From Ranitomeya imitator (lineage: Eukaryota): a stretch of DNA of 64,000 nucleotides. Numbering within the stretch: the first letter of the stretch is position 1; each line of letters starts with the position of its first letter. The translations under genes were made by a program, and so were the position numbers. The stretch covers positions 201,996,001 through 202,060,000 of the forward strand of contig NC_091288.1 in NCBI RefSeq assembly GCF_032444005.1, in the 5' to 3' direction. The notes beneath the pieces are model-generated. The model was not told the origin of the DNA, searched no databases, and worked only from the letters and a program-made list of their open reading frames with translations. Of the stretch, positions 12,266 to 26,221 are shown piece by piece.

Positions 12266-13161
12266 TAGTTCTCAATACCCAGATAGTGGTAATGTTCTGA
12301 GCAGGGACACTCCGCAATCTTCTACACATGATCGTACATTTCCCATCACAGAGGGATCTGCTGGGAAGGGCAGAATTGGTCTTCCCTGAAATGTCTCTTG
12401 TAGGATACGTCCCTGACCAGTATATCGTCTGCACAGTACTGATTGTGACGGGAAAGGGACGATCTGATCGTCTCCAGGTCAGGCACACGGGCACATCACA
12501 GCATGTGGAGAACACGAATCAGTCTCTATATCTATGAGTGGAAACAGGAGCGAATACTGCACCGCTAACCTGGAAATCTGCAGACTCCTGTGTGGGATGT
12601 AAGAGAGCAATGATCGCTCAACACAAGCAGATTTCCCGATATCGGTCCTGGGAGCACGTGTCATATGAAGACAAAGGACGGAAAAAAGCGGGAACTTTAA
12701 ACTTTTTACCATTGGAAACATTAGCTCCTCCCTCTGCTGATTGGCTGAACACAGGACGGTTAGGGGGGTTTGAATTTCCCGCCGCTTCTAAATGTAATGA
12801 CGTCATTTACACTGTAAAAAGAATTCAATTAGGCTCTAGATCAACTCCACCGACCACCACAAATGGCTCCTGTTAACGGAGAAAGGAGAGTAATGAACGA
12901 GACCCCAGAATGCCGAGATCTGTGCAGCAAGGGGTTAAATAAGTCCCTGAATACACATCAACTCACTGAGCAATGCCCAGATTATTCCTGAGGTTTTCTC
13001 ACCATCTCCCTCGTCATCAGACGCAGAGCCCCGGGCGGTGCGAGCAGACACCTCGGGGAGACGGGAGAGGACACCGGAGCAGTGTGGGTGGCTCTTATAG
13101 TGAGGGTGTAGGTGGCTCTTATAGGGAGGGTGTAGGTGGCTCTTATAGGGAGAGTGTGGGT

Positions 13162-13177
13162 GGCTCTTAGAAGAGCC
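13162..13177 (-). terminator. Stem-loop of H2B copy 2, followed by 3 extra AAGAGCC repeats
   Basis: GGCTCTTCTAAGAGCC; repeats at plus-strand 13090, 13114 and 13138. Confidence 0.93.
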
Positions 13178-13207
13178 TTTGGGGTGAGGAGCGGAGCACG
13201 GANNNNN

Positions 13208-13684
<477 letters not shown>

Positions 13685-14076
13685 TCAGACCGCCGTGCTA
13701 TTGGGTGATGAAGTCATGTGACCAACGGGAACGGGAACGGGAACTGCAGCTGATTGGTGGTTCTCCAACTGATATTTCGCTTTTCAGCACCCTCCATATA
13801 GCGCTGTAAAACACGTATAATGCTGAATACATCTAAATAGTGCTGTGAAGCGCCATATACCGCAGTGCACCCTCATATAGTGCTCTATGTGTTAATGTAG
13901 CTCTGTTTACCCTTCATGTGCTGCAGTATACTCCAATATAGTGCTGCTATTCATCTGTATAGTGCAGAGTGCCCCCATATACTGCAACTTACTGACAAAT
14001 GACTGTGCCACTTCCAGAGCTCGGCCGTCATGGCCCTGCAGGAGGCCAGCGAGGCTTATCTGCTGGGGAGTCTGGG

Positions 14077-16203
14077 GATGTACTAGATTTTCTCGGCACC
14101 ACCATCCGCATGTGGGGTGCTGCTGTAATCCCGTTCATTATCCTCATTTTTCCTCTGCACATTCCCACATCCAGCCAAGTGATCGCGGGGTCCAGTATAC
14201 TCATCAGCATTGCCAATACTTCGATATGTAGCAAAGAAGGAGTGGTGTAAAAATTTGGGGGGCATTTTGAGGGCAACCCAAACGTTGTGCCCCACCAAAA
14301 AATGTCCCGGTTGACCCAAAACATTCTGAAAAAAATTACCACACACTCTTATAGTGTTCCTCTACACACCCTGAGAATTTGTGGTCGACAGACCCAAACC
14401 GGGCTTAGCAGTGACCTTGCGCACCACAGACTTCAATGGGCAGGGTCACTTTGGGGAGTCTCTGCTCAGCCCAGTTTGTGGCTATCATCAACCCCAAATG
14501 TTCAGGGTGTGTAGCTCTAGTGGACCAGTGCTGTAAAAATTTAGGGGGCATTTTGAGATGACCCAAAACATATGCCCCTCCCCACCCCCAAACTTCTGAA
14601 CAAATTACCCGACACTCTTGAATTGTTCCTCTACACACCCTGAACATTTGGGGTCGATGGGCACAAACTAGGCTGAGCAGTGACCCTGCGCGCGATAGGC
14701 TTCCATGGGCAGGGCAGCTTTGGGGGGTAACTGCTCAGCACAGATTGGGGCTATCGACTTCAAATTTTCATAGTGTGTAGAGGAATAATTCATGAGTGTG
14801 GGCTATTTTTTTTCTGAATACCTTGCTCTATATACTGTACACACTGCTCTAGATATTGTACACTGCTCTATATACTGTACACACTGCTCTATATATTGTA
14901 TACTGCTCTATATACTGTACACTGATTTACATACTGTACCCTCTCCTGTATATACTGTACACACTGCTACTGTACACTCTGGTCTATATACTGTGTACTC
15001 TGCTGTATATACTGTACACACTGCTCTATATACTGTACGCTCTGGTCTATAATACTGTACACTGCTGTATATACTGTTCACACTGCTCTATATACTGTAC
15101 ACTGCTCTAAATACTGTACACACTGCTCTATATACTGTATATACTGTATATATACTGTATATATTGCTGTATATATACTGTATATATACTGTATATATTG
15201 CTGTATATACTGTACAACCTGTTGCACAGTCTGTATACACTGCTGTATATACTGCATACTCTGCTCTATATACTGTACACACGGCACTATGCTATACACT
15301 GCTCTATATACTGTACACTCTGGTCTATAAACTGGACACTGCTGTATATACTGTACTCTGCTTTATATACTGTACACACTGTTGTATATACTGTAGACTC
15401 TCCTCTATTATCTGTGACACTTATTACACTGCTGATCTGGGCTGTGCAGATGTGATGTTGTGCACTATATATACTATATACAGCTGTGTTCTCTGTGTAG
15501 ACGCTGGATTTTGTGTCTCCGCTTTTCTCCCAATATTCCCCTTTTGCACAACAGTGGGGGTCACATACATGCATGAATATTTCCGTTTTCTCCCGAGATG
15601 TTCATGTGTTTGGTTGGGGAGTCGCGCTGTGCAGCTGTCGCCTCATCAGAGCTCTTCCCTCCATTACAGGCCGCAGCGGTCACAGCTTCACACTGGGTAA
15701 GACACGATATCAGGCAGGTGATTGCAATCAGCCCCCGATATGGATCATCTACTGATGTGGAACACGTGTCCCCCCAATACTCTGCACATACAGGGTAGAG
15801 TGATATCACAGGTCAGGGAGGTGGCAGTCAGCGGAGGCCGTCGCCTGTGTTACCCTTCTGGGTTCTCAGCAGCTCCAGCTGGTCCCCACATCGTACAATC
15901 AGCTTCCTGTGCGATAGACACTGGAGTAAAGATCCCTGTGATGGTGACAAGAGCCGGGAATAGGAGGAACGAGCTCCCGCAGCAGATTTATCTACCCGGA
16001 CACACAGTGATGTGCAGATCGGGAGGACGGCGGCGATAATCTCCGCAATTTCTAGGCGTTTCCACTAGTGACGGCTACAAACGGTCGGTGGAGATGATGG
16101 AGAAGGAGAAGCGACGGAGGAATCGCGCTCTGCTGTCCGGTGTTAGCCGGTAAAGGGTTTTTATCCCGGGCAGGGAAGCACAAGGGGAGAGCGGAGCTTC
16201 ACT
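14077..16203 (+). repeat. Inverted paralog of the H1 upstream region, copy 2
   Basis: Near-identical to 2164-4290 (offset 11913). Confidence 0.8.
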
Positions 16204-16572
16204 ACCTGCCAGCCCTTATGCCGAAGTGATCAGATTCTATTCTGTGTAATCCGCTCATGTAACCAATATTGGCGGAGGCTGCGGGGAGTTATAGATTTCA
16301 TGTCTTATAAAAGCAGCTCAGCGGGTTATCGATTGTGCAGAGGTGTCAGTATGTGCATGTATATATGTGTATGTACATACCCCATACACCCTTGTATCAT
16401 TTACCAAATAGTACCGTAACAATGAACAGCATCAGCGGTTCCAGCTCCATAATGCAAACAGGGGGCAGCACAATAAGATGGGGGCAAACACCAGTATATG
16501 TCAGGACTCGGGAGACTTAATGTTAGTCAGATAGGAGCTCTGCACTTCCGCAGCCATTTAATCTCATTCAAT

Positions 16573-17387
16573 GAGCCACCACCTCCTCCCCGCAGAGCTG
16601 TATGATCAGTGCCACCACCTTCTCCCAACAGAGCTGTATGATCAGTGCCACCACCTCCTCCTCGCAGAGCTGTATGATCAGTGCCACCACCTCCTCCCCG
16701 CAGAGCTGTATGATCAGAGCAACCACCTTCTCCCCACAGAGCTGTATGATCAGTGCCATCACCCACTCCCCGCAGAGCTGTATGATCAGTGCCACCACCT
16801 CCTCGCAGAGCTGTATGATCAGTGCCACCACCTCCTCCCCACGGAACTGTATGATCAGTGCCACCGCCTCCTCCCCGCAGAGCTGTATGATCAGTGCCAC
16901 CACCTCCTCCTCGCAGAGCTGTATGATCAGTGCCACCACCTCCTCCCCGCAGAGCTGTATGATCAGAGCAACCACCTTCTCCCCACAGAGCTGTATGATC
17001 AGTGCCATCACCCACTCCCCGCAGAGCTGTATGATCAGTGCCACCACCTCCTCGCAGAGCTGTATGATCAGTGCCACCACCTCCTCCCCACGGAACTGTA
17101 TGATCAGTGCCACCGCCTCCTCCCCGCAGAGCTGTATGATCAGTGCCACCACCTCCTCCTCCCTGCAGAGCTGTATGATCAGTGCCACCACCTCCTCCTC
17201 CCTGCAGAGCTGTATGATCAGTGCCACCACCTCCTCCTCCCCGCAGAGCTGTATGATCAGTGCCACTACCTCCTCCCCGCAGAGCTGTATGATCAGAGCA
17301 ACCACTTCCTCCCCAGCAGAGCTATATGATCAGTGCCACCACCTTCTCCCCACAGAGCTGTATGATCAGTGCCACCACCTTCTCCCC
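16573..17387 (+). repeat. Orphan 36-bp HDE minisatellite, copy 2
   Basis: The ORF-track translations of this array are identical to those of 4660-5474. Confidence 0.9.
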
Positions 17388-19687
17388 TTCATTGTCTGTT
17401 CTAGTTATATGGAGATAATGGTCCTTGTATGCAATGTCCAGTAATGATTCCCGAGAGCAGCAGACGCTCCCTGAGGACCCATCTATGCCCAGCAGAGGAC
17501 ACTCATAGCCAGAGACCGGTACCGGGAGTTCCCTCTCCTCACGCTGCAGAACAGCAGAGCGGGCTGGGGACTAGTGACCGGTGTCACCCGCACTCAGAGC
17601 AGCCTGCAGCTGAAGGAGGAATCCCCCCTAACAAGGAATGTGCCAGTGACACCCTGACAGCGGAGAAAGGACAGGCAGAACACGCAGCAGCCGGGACTCT
17701 CCTCGCTGCGAGCTCCGGTACACAGAGGGGGGCAGGAAGTTCCGGGCTCAGGAGACGGGGACATCACCTGCCATGGGGTGTAAGGGGATGATCTGTAGCG
17801 CTGCATCTAATTATTGGGGGAAGCTCATTATCACTTACCAGACGCATTCAGGTGACATTAATGAGCCGCAGGCAGCGAGGCCGCCGAGTACTGTCCTCAA
17901 TGGGGAGCAGCATTATAACAATGAGAATAACTTGCCCCCACTGTGATTTTCTTGTTATACGAATTGACGGTTTACTTTATTTTAATAACACTTGTATTGC
18001 AAATGACAGAGATCATAAAACTTAGATATAACCTGTTTCTTCATATGAAGATTTACATTCACAGAACATTTATTATCTTCCCGTAGAAGATAATGACAAC
18101 AGCTTAGATGGATAAAACCATAAGCAATGGAGAAAGAACACAGAGAAAGAATTCCAAAACCTGTCATTCCTCAGTTGCTGGAGCTGTAGAATGATGGGCT
18201 GCACAGATTTTAGAGGATCATCTCTTCATTGTAATAGCTGAATCATTGGAATAGTGATATCCAGCAGGAGACATATGTCAGGACTAATAGTAACAATGCA
18301 ACAATGAGGCAGACTGAGGTGTGCACTGACTTGCAGAGAAGCAGCAGTAGTCTGAAGAAGCTGACAATTAAGAACAGCTGTGTACAACCATCTCCTATCT
18401 GTAAGCCGCTAGGAAATTAATTGTTAAACACTTATCTGCTTTTGGAGGCAAAAAAAGACGCTAAATGCTCCTGAGTAACCTCATATCTTGTATTTTACTA
18501 ACATGTTTTTCTTTTCCCTTATTTAGGCTATTCAATTTTAGTTACCATATTACATTTCTCCTGTAACTCTGACCTGCTTGGACTGTTGTCTTTTCCTACA
18601 CTTTTATCATATTTGATCCTTTTTCTTACCCTATTAAAATTTATATTTACCGTCCCTCTTTTATTTATGTCTGATATAAAACTGTTTGTGTGTATTGATT
18701 ATACTTTAAAAAACAAAAAAAACTACAAATCGCTCTGAGTTCAGTGGCTTTTTATTCCAGCTCTTGCTCCATGGATCGTCCGATACTTTGTGGTCTCGTA
18801 TTAATTGAAGTTTATGATTCTCACTTTGTTTCTCCAAAGAAAACATTTATTTATTAAATGACTCCACGGTGATTTGGAAGGTGATTACAGGAGATTGCTG
18901 TTGGTGGACTTTATATCACATCACAAGAAGCTGCGGAAACTACAACAAGCGGGAAATTCAAAATTCCTACCCGCCCTGTGTGCAGCCAATCTGCAGAGGA
19001 AGGGGAGGGGCTAACGTTAACCGTTTAGGAACGTGGAGTTCCCGCTGAGTGGCTGATGAATTTTCCGTTTTTTGTCTTTCTGTAGTTTCAGGACGATCAG
19101 ATGTCCGAAAAGTGTTTGTGTGGAGCGATCAATGGTCACTTGTGTCCCATACAGGAGTTTATATATTTCCAGGATCAAGGGAGAAGTATCCGCTTTCTAT
19201 AATAGAAGGTGCAGAACTTTGCGACTATAGTGACTCCATCAGACCAGCAATATTCAGTGCAGGGAATATACAGAAACGAGGTCATGCAGATTAGAAACAA
19301 TCTTAAAATTGGGGTGGGGAGTCTAAAATGCTGATTAATGTTATCTAGGGAAACCTACTATAGAACTGTAAACTCCTGCAGTGAGAAGAATAACAGGAAA
19401 TATCGCAGAGTAGATGGGCGCCCTGTATGGTCACATATGAGCATTCTTGCCGCATCCAGTCCCATCACACATCAATATCTTTGCGGATTATTCTAGTATT
19501 GGTCCTGATCAGGGCGCACAGGGAAGGGGGGATGAGATTATTACATTTCCGCATATATGTATTTACTCCCCCACACACTGCAGACTGAGCCGCGAGTGAC
19601 CCAGAGACCAGATGTTACCGAGCACAAGTGATCCCTCCGGGCATAATTATATGTGAGGAATGAGCTCGTCTTGAGGGAGGATTTGGT

Positions 19688-19762
19688 GGCTCTGAAAAGA
19701 GCCTTTGTGTTGTGGTCGGTGCCGGGGCAGATCTAAGCTCTCTCCCCACGGATCCGGCGGGC
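19688..19762 (-). pseudogene. Orphan H3 3' tail with stem-loop, copy 2
   Basis: Same as 7775-7849; stem-loop at 19688-19703. Confidence 0.88.
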
Positions 19763-19992
19763 TTGGGAAAACCAGGTTTGTCTTTCTAGGTCAAAATATT
19801 GGAAAAGACTCTGGTCCCAGATCACACACTGCGGGCACATCCCAGAATCTGGATAATGCGGCTTCATTCCTTCGACCGGGAACCCACAGCATTAGTGGCT
19901 CAGTAAAGGTTCTAAACGATATATTAACTTTAAAACCACCAGGAACAAGAGCGCAGGAATAGGAAGGTGCAGCCTCTCACTGAGATGTGGGT

Positions 19993-20008
19993 GGCTCTGA
20001 AAAGAGCC
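19993..20008 (-). terminator. Stem-loop of H4 copy 2
   Basis: GGCTCTTTTCAGAGCC-ACCCA. Confidence 0.93.
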
Positions 20009-20038
20009 TTTGGGTTGTGAGGACAGAAGAGAACACAA

Positions 20039-20560
<522 letters not shown>

Positions 20561-21199
20561 TTATTTCCCCGCTTCTCTATTCTTCTCATCTCGGCGCCGC
20601 TGCTAGATCTGTTGGTTATTTCGATTTTTTTTCATTGTTATTTATGTTGCTAGTTTCCAGCTTCTGCCAAATGTTAGCTAGTAGAATAAAAAATATATTC
20701 TAGGGACAATAATCTACAGAAAACTCGTGATCCCCGGCAGTCACTCATCATTACACGTGGTGCCGGACTGGCGGCCATTACCGGTCCCTCAGAGCAGGGA
20801 GCTGCATGTAACCAGTCACCCTGCGGCTCCAGCCCTGGAGAAGATGGGAAAAGTCAAATATACGAGAATTGCTTAACGACCCACCCACCACAAATGCGAC
20901 CATCGCAGCACACGGGGGAGGGATCTGCTCAGACCAGTGTCAGGCAGAATAGATCACATAAAGGCGTCATCACCGATCTGAGGGACAAATGAGGTTATTA
21001 ACAGAAACTAAGCGCAGAGATCTCCGATCCGAACAAAAGAGAACGTGCAGAGCGATAACCAATATCGCTGATCACCTGCAATATCGGAAGCAGCAGCCTC
21101 CGTCCATTAACTGATCGACCGTGCCTGCGCTTCGTACACGGAGAATACGCGCAGAAAAGGGACTGCTCAGGAATCGGCTCATTTGGGAGAGACTTTGGT

Positions 21200-21215
21200 G
21201 GCTCTGAAAAGAGCC
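21200..21215 (-). terminator. Stem-loop of H3
   Basis: GGCTCTTTTCAGAGCC-ACCAA. Confidence 0.93.
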
Positions 21216-21244
21216 TTTGTGTTGTGGTCGCAGCCGGGGCAGAT

Positions 21245-21844
<600 letters not shown>

Positions 21845-22059
21845 CTAATCCCGCCCCTGAAGTCCCCGCCTCTTCCGTGATGCGTCTGTCCTCAGATCAC
21901 TCATTTGCCGCTTGCTGGAGCAGCTGATGTATTTGCGTTCAAATGTCCCCGTGTATAGCGCTGTACAGTGCAGCTCCCGCAATATCGACAGATCACACCA
22001 ACCCCCCATCCTGAGACTGCGCCCAGCATCAGTTATATTACAAACATTAGAAGTCCGAG

Positions 22060-22671
22060 AACTAATCATACAGCTCTGCGGGGAGGAGGCGGTGGCACTG
22101 ATCATACAGCTCTGCGGGGAGGAGGTGGTGGCTCTGATCATACAGCTCTGTGGGGAGAAGGTGGTGGCACTGATCAAACAGCTCTGCTGGGGAGGAGGTG
22201 GTGGCTCTGATCATACAGCTCTGTGGGGAGAGGTGGTGGCACTGATCATACAGCTCTGCTGGGGAGGAGGTGGTTGCTCTGATCATACAGCTCTGCGGGG
22301 AGGAGGTAGTGGCACTGATCATACAGCTCTGCGGGGAGGAGGTAGTGGCTCTGATCATACAGCTCTGCGGGGAGAATGTGATGGCTCTGATCATACAGCT
22401 CTGCTGGGGAGGAGGTGGTGGCTCTGATCATACAGCTCTGTGGGGAGAAGGTGGTTGCTCTGATCATACAGCTCTGCGGGGAGGAGGTGGTGGCACTGAT
22501 CATACAGCCCTGTGGGGAGGAGGTAGTGGCACTGATCATACAGCTCTGCGGGGAGGAGGTGGTGGCACTGATCATACAGTTCTGCGGGGAGTGGGTGATG
22601 GCACTGATCATACAGCTCTGCTGGGAGGAGGTGTTGGCACTGATCATACAGCTCTGCGGGGAGGAGGTGGT
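22060..22671 (-). repeat. ~17 x 36-bp minisatellite starting directly after the H1 stem-loop; each unit carries AGAGCTGTA (HDE)
   Basis: Minus strand ...ggctcttataagagcc|accacctcctccccgcAGAGCTGTAtgatcagtgcc|aacacc... repeated. Confidence 0.92.
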
Positions 22672-22687
22672 GGCTCTTATAAGAGCC
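22672..22687 (-). terminator. Stem-loop of H1
   Basis: GGCTCTTATAAGAGCC, 28 nt after the stop codon. Confidence 0.93.
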
Positions 22688-22715
22688 TTTGTGGTATCAG
22701 AACAGGGGCTGCAGC

Positions 22716-23351
22716 TTATTTCTTAGCCGCGGGCTTCTTGGCTTTCGCAGCCTTCTTAGCCGGACTCTTGGCGGGTTTGGCCGCCTTCTTAGCCGGACTC
22801 TTCGTCACCTTCTTGGGCTTGGGAGCGGCTTTCGGCTTTTTGGGGCTCTTGGCCGCTTTCTTGGCAGCTGCGGGCTTCTTGGCCTTTTTCGGGCTCTTCT
22901 TGGCCGCGGTCGGAGCCTTCTTGGGCTTCTTCGGAGATTTGGCGGCTTTCTTGGCAGCAGCGGGTTTCTTAGGTTTGGCCGCAGCTGCTGGCTTCGTCTT
23001 GGCCACTTTGTCCTTCGTCTCCTGCTTCTTGTTCAGCTTGAAGGACCCGGAGGCGCCGCTGCCCTTCACCTGGAGGAGGGCGCCCTTGGTGACCAGAGAC
23101 TTGACGGCCAGCTTCAGGCGGCTGTTGTTCTTCTCTACATCGTATCCTCCGGCAGACAGAGCCTTCTTCAGGGCGGCCAGAGACACCCCGCTGCGCTCCT
23201 TGGAGGCGGACACGGCTTTCACGATCAGCTCGGAGACGCTGGGGCCGGAGGGTTTATTGCTCTTCTTGGCAGCAGATTTCTTCGGCTGCTTCTTGGATTT
23301 GGCGGCCGGTTCTGCGGGAGGGGGAGCGGCGGCTGGCGCGGTCTCTGCCAT
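22716..23351 (-). CDS. H1: Histone H1 (somatic type, 211 aa; alternative adjacent ATG at 23354)
   Basis: [15 protein letters not shown]..., globular domain [29 protein letters not shown]...[10 protein letters not shown], Lys/Ala/Pro-rich tail. CATATAA, two CCAAT boxes and a GC box upstream. Confidence 0.97.
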   Translation of the reverse strand: MAETAPAAAPPPAEPAAKSKKQPKKSAAKKSNKPSGPSVSELIVKAVSASKERSGVSLAALKKALSAGGYDVEKNNSRLKLAVKSLVTKGALLQVKGSGASGSFKLNKKQETKDKVAKTKPAAAAKPKKPAAAKKAAKSPKKPKKAPTAAKKSPKKAKKPAAAKKAAKSPKKPKAAPKPKKVTKSPAKKAAKPAKSPAKKAAKAKKPAAKK

Positions 23352-23534
23352 CATGTGCTGCGGAAAAACAAAATGAAAATATTTCCTGATAGGAAGGAAA
23401 ACACTGAGGCCGGAGCTGGAGGCGCCTGTTATATGTACAGGCTTACTGCGCACTGATTGGCTGCTGAGCTGCACCGTTCTGAGCTTCTATTGGCTGACAC
23501 TGGACATAAACCCCGCCTCCTCCCAGCTGAGTCC

Positions 23535-26221
23535 GGGTGAAGCACCGCTCTCTCCTTGTGCTTCCCTGCCCGGGATAAAAGCCCTTTACCGGCTAACACC
23601 GGACAGCAGAGCGCGCTTCCTCCATCGCCTCTCCTTCTCCAACATCTCCACCGGCCATTTGTAGCCGTCACTAGCAGAGATGCCGGGAAAGAGCGGAGAA
23701 CAAATCCCGGGATCATCGCCGCCGTCCTCCCGATCTGCACCTCACTGTGTACCGGGGAGATAAATCTGCTGCGGGAGCTCGTTCCTCCTATTCCCGGCTC
23801 TTGTCACCATCACAGGGATCTTTACTCCAATGTCTATCGTACAGGGAGCTGATTGTACGATGTGGGGACGAGCTGGAGCTGCTGAGAACCCAGAAGGGTA
23901 ACACAGGCGACGGCCTCCGCTGACTGCCACCTCCCTGACCTGTGGTGTCACTGTACCCCGTATGTGCAGAGGATTGGGGGGACACGTGTTCCACATCAGT
24001 AGATGATCCACATCGGTGGCTGAGTGCAATCACCTGCCTGATATCTTGTCTTAGTGGTGGGAAAGAGCTCTGATGAGGCGACAGCTGCACAGTGCGACTC
24101 CCCAACCAAACACATGAACATCTCAGGGGAGAAAACTGAAATATTAACGGATGTATATGACCCCCACTATTATGCAAAAGGGGAATATTGGGAGAAGAGC
24201 GGAGACACAAAATCCAGCGTCTACACAGAGAACACAGCTGTATATAGTATATATAGTGCACAGCATCACATCTGCACAGCCCAGATCAGCAGTGTAATAA
24301 GTGCCACTGATAATAGAGGAGAGGGTACAGTATATACAGCAGAGTGTACAGTATATAGAGCAGAGTACACAGTATATAGAGCAGAGTGTACAGTATATAG
24401 ACCAGAGTGTACAGTATACAGAGCAGTGTGTGCAGTATATACAGCAGAGTGTACAGTATATAGAGCAGTGTATAGTATATACAGCAGTGTACAGTATATA
24501 GAGCAGTGTATAGTATAGTATAGTGCGGTGTGTACAGTATATAGAGCGGTGTGTGCAGTATATACAGCAGAGTACACTGTATGTAGACCAGAGTGTACAG
24601 TATATACAGCAGAGTACACAGTATATAGACCAGAGTGTACAGTATACAGAGCAGTGTGTGCAGTATATGCAGCAGAGTACACAGTATATAGAGCAGTGTA
24701 CAGTATATACAGCAGTGTACAGTATTTACAGCAATGTACAGTAAATAGACCAGAGTGTACAGTATATAGAGCAGTGTACAGTAGTGCGGTGTGTGCAGTA
24801 TATAGAGCAGAGTATACAGTATATACAGCAGAGTACAGTATATAGAGCAGAGTGCACAGTATAAAGAGCTGTGTGTACAGTATATACAGGAGAGGGTACA
24901 GTACATAGAGCAGTGTGTACAGTATATAGAGCACTGTACACAGTATATACAGCAGTGTGTACAGTATGTAGAGGAGAGTGTAGAGTATGTACAGCAGTGT
25001 GTACAGTATATAGATCATTGTGTGCATTATATAGAGCAAAGCGTTCAGTATATAGAGCAGTGTGCAGTATAGTGCGGTGTATATAGAGCAGTGTATACAG
25101 TATACTATTATTATTTTTTTATATAGCACCATTGATTCCATGGTGCTGTACATGAGCGGTGACCTCCCAAAGTGTAGAGGAACAATTCAAGAGTGTGGGG
25201 TACTTATTTCAGAAATCGGGGGGGGGGGGGGGGGGGTTAACGGCCCGGGGGGGCATTTTTTTGAGGGGCATAACTTGTGGGCAAGGTCAATTTGGGGGGT
25301 CTCAGCTCAACCCGGTTTTGGGCTATCAACCCCAAATTTTCAGGGTGTGTAGAGTACCCCTAGCGAACCAATAGTGTAAAAAATTGAGGGTGGCACTTTG
25401 AGGGCACCCCAAAACTAATGCCCCCCCCCAAAAAAAAAAAAAATGCCCCCCTCCCATTAACCTAAAAATTCTGAAAAAAAAAATAGCCCAACTAATGAAT
25501 TGTTCCTCTACACACTATGAAAATTTGACGTCGATAGCCCCAATCTGGGCTGAGCAGTTACCCCCCAAAGCTGCCCTGCCCATTGAAGCCTATCGCGCGC
25601 AGGGTCACTGCCCAGCCTGGTTTGTGCCTACCGACCCCACATTTTCAGGGTGTGTAGAGGAACAATTCAAGAGTGTCGGGTAATTTGTTCAGAAGTTTGG
25701 GCGTCGGGAAGGGGGGCATATTTTTGGGGTGATCTCAAAATGCCCCCCACATTTTTGCAGCACTGGTCCACTAGAGCTATGGGTACGCTACACACCCTGA
25801 AAATGTGTGGTTGATAGCCACAAACAGGGCTGAGCAGAGACTCCCCAAAGTGACCCTGCCCATTGAAGTCTATGGTGCGCAAGGTCACTGCTCAGCCCGA
25901 TTTGGGTCTGTCGACCACAAATTCTCAGGGTGTGTAGAGGAACACTTTAAGAGTGTGTGGTAATTTTTTTCAGAATGTTTTGGGTCAACCGGGGCATTTT
26001 TTGGTGGGGCACAACGTTTGGGTTGCCCTCAAAAGCCCCCCAAAGTTTTACACCACACCTCCTTTGCTACATATCGAAGTATTGGCAATGCTGATGAGTA
26101 TACTGGACCCCGCGATCACTTGGCTGGATGTGGGAATGTGCAGAGGAAAAATGAGGATAATGAACGGGATTACAGCAGCACCCCACATGCGGATGGTGGT
26201 GCCGAGAAAATCTAGTACATC
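23535..26221 (-). repeat. H1 upstream block (satellite plus palindromic MITE-like units), inverted relative to 14077-16203
   Basis: Reverse-complement similarity. Includes the satellite at 24325-25105 and repeated ctacacaccctg...cagggtgtgtag palindromic units. Confidence 0.75.

Noticed and set aside
22270-23456. Plus-strand 368-aa and 255-aa ORFs
   Set aside because: Antisense shadows of H1 and the minisatellite. The same applies to the plus-strand ORFs over H2B, H2A and H3.
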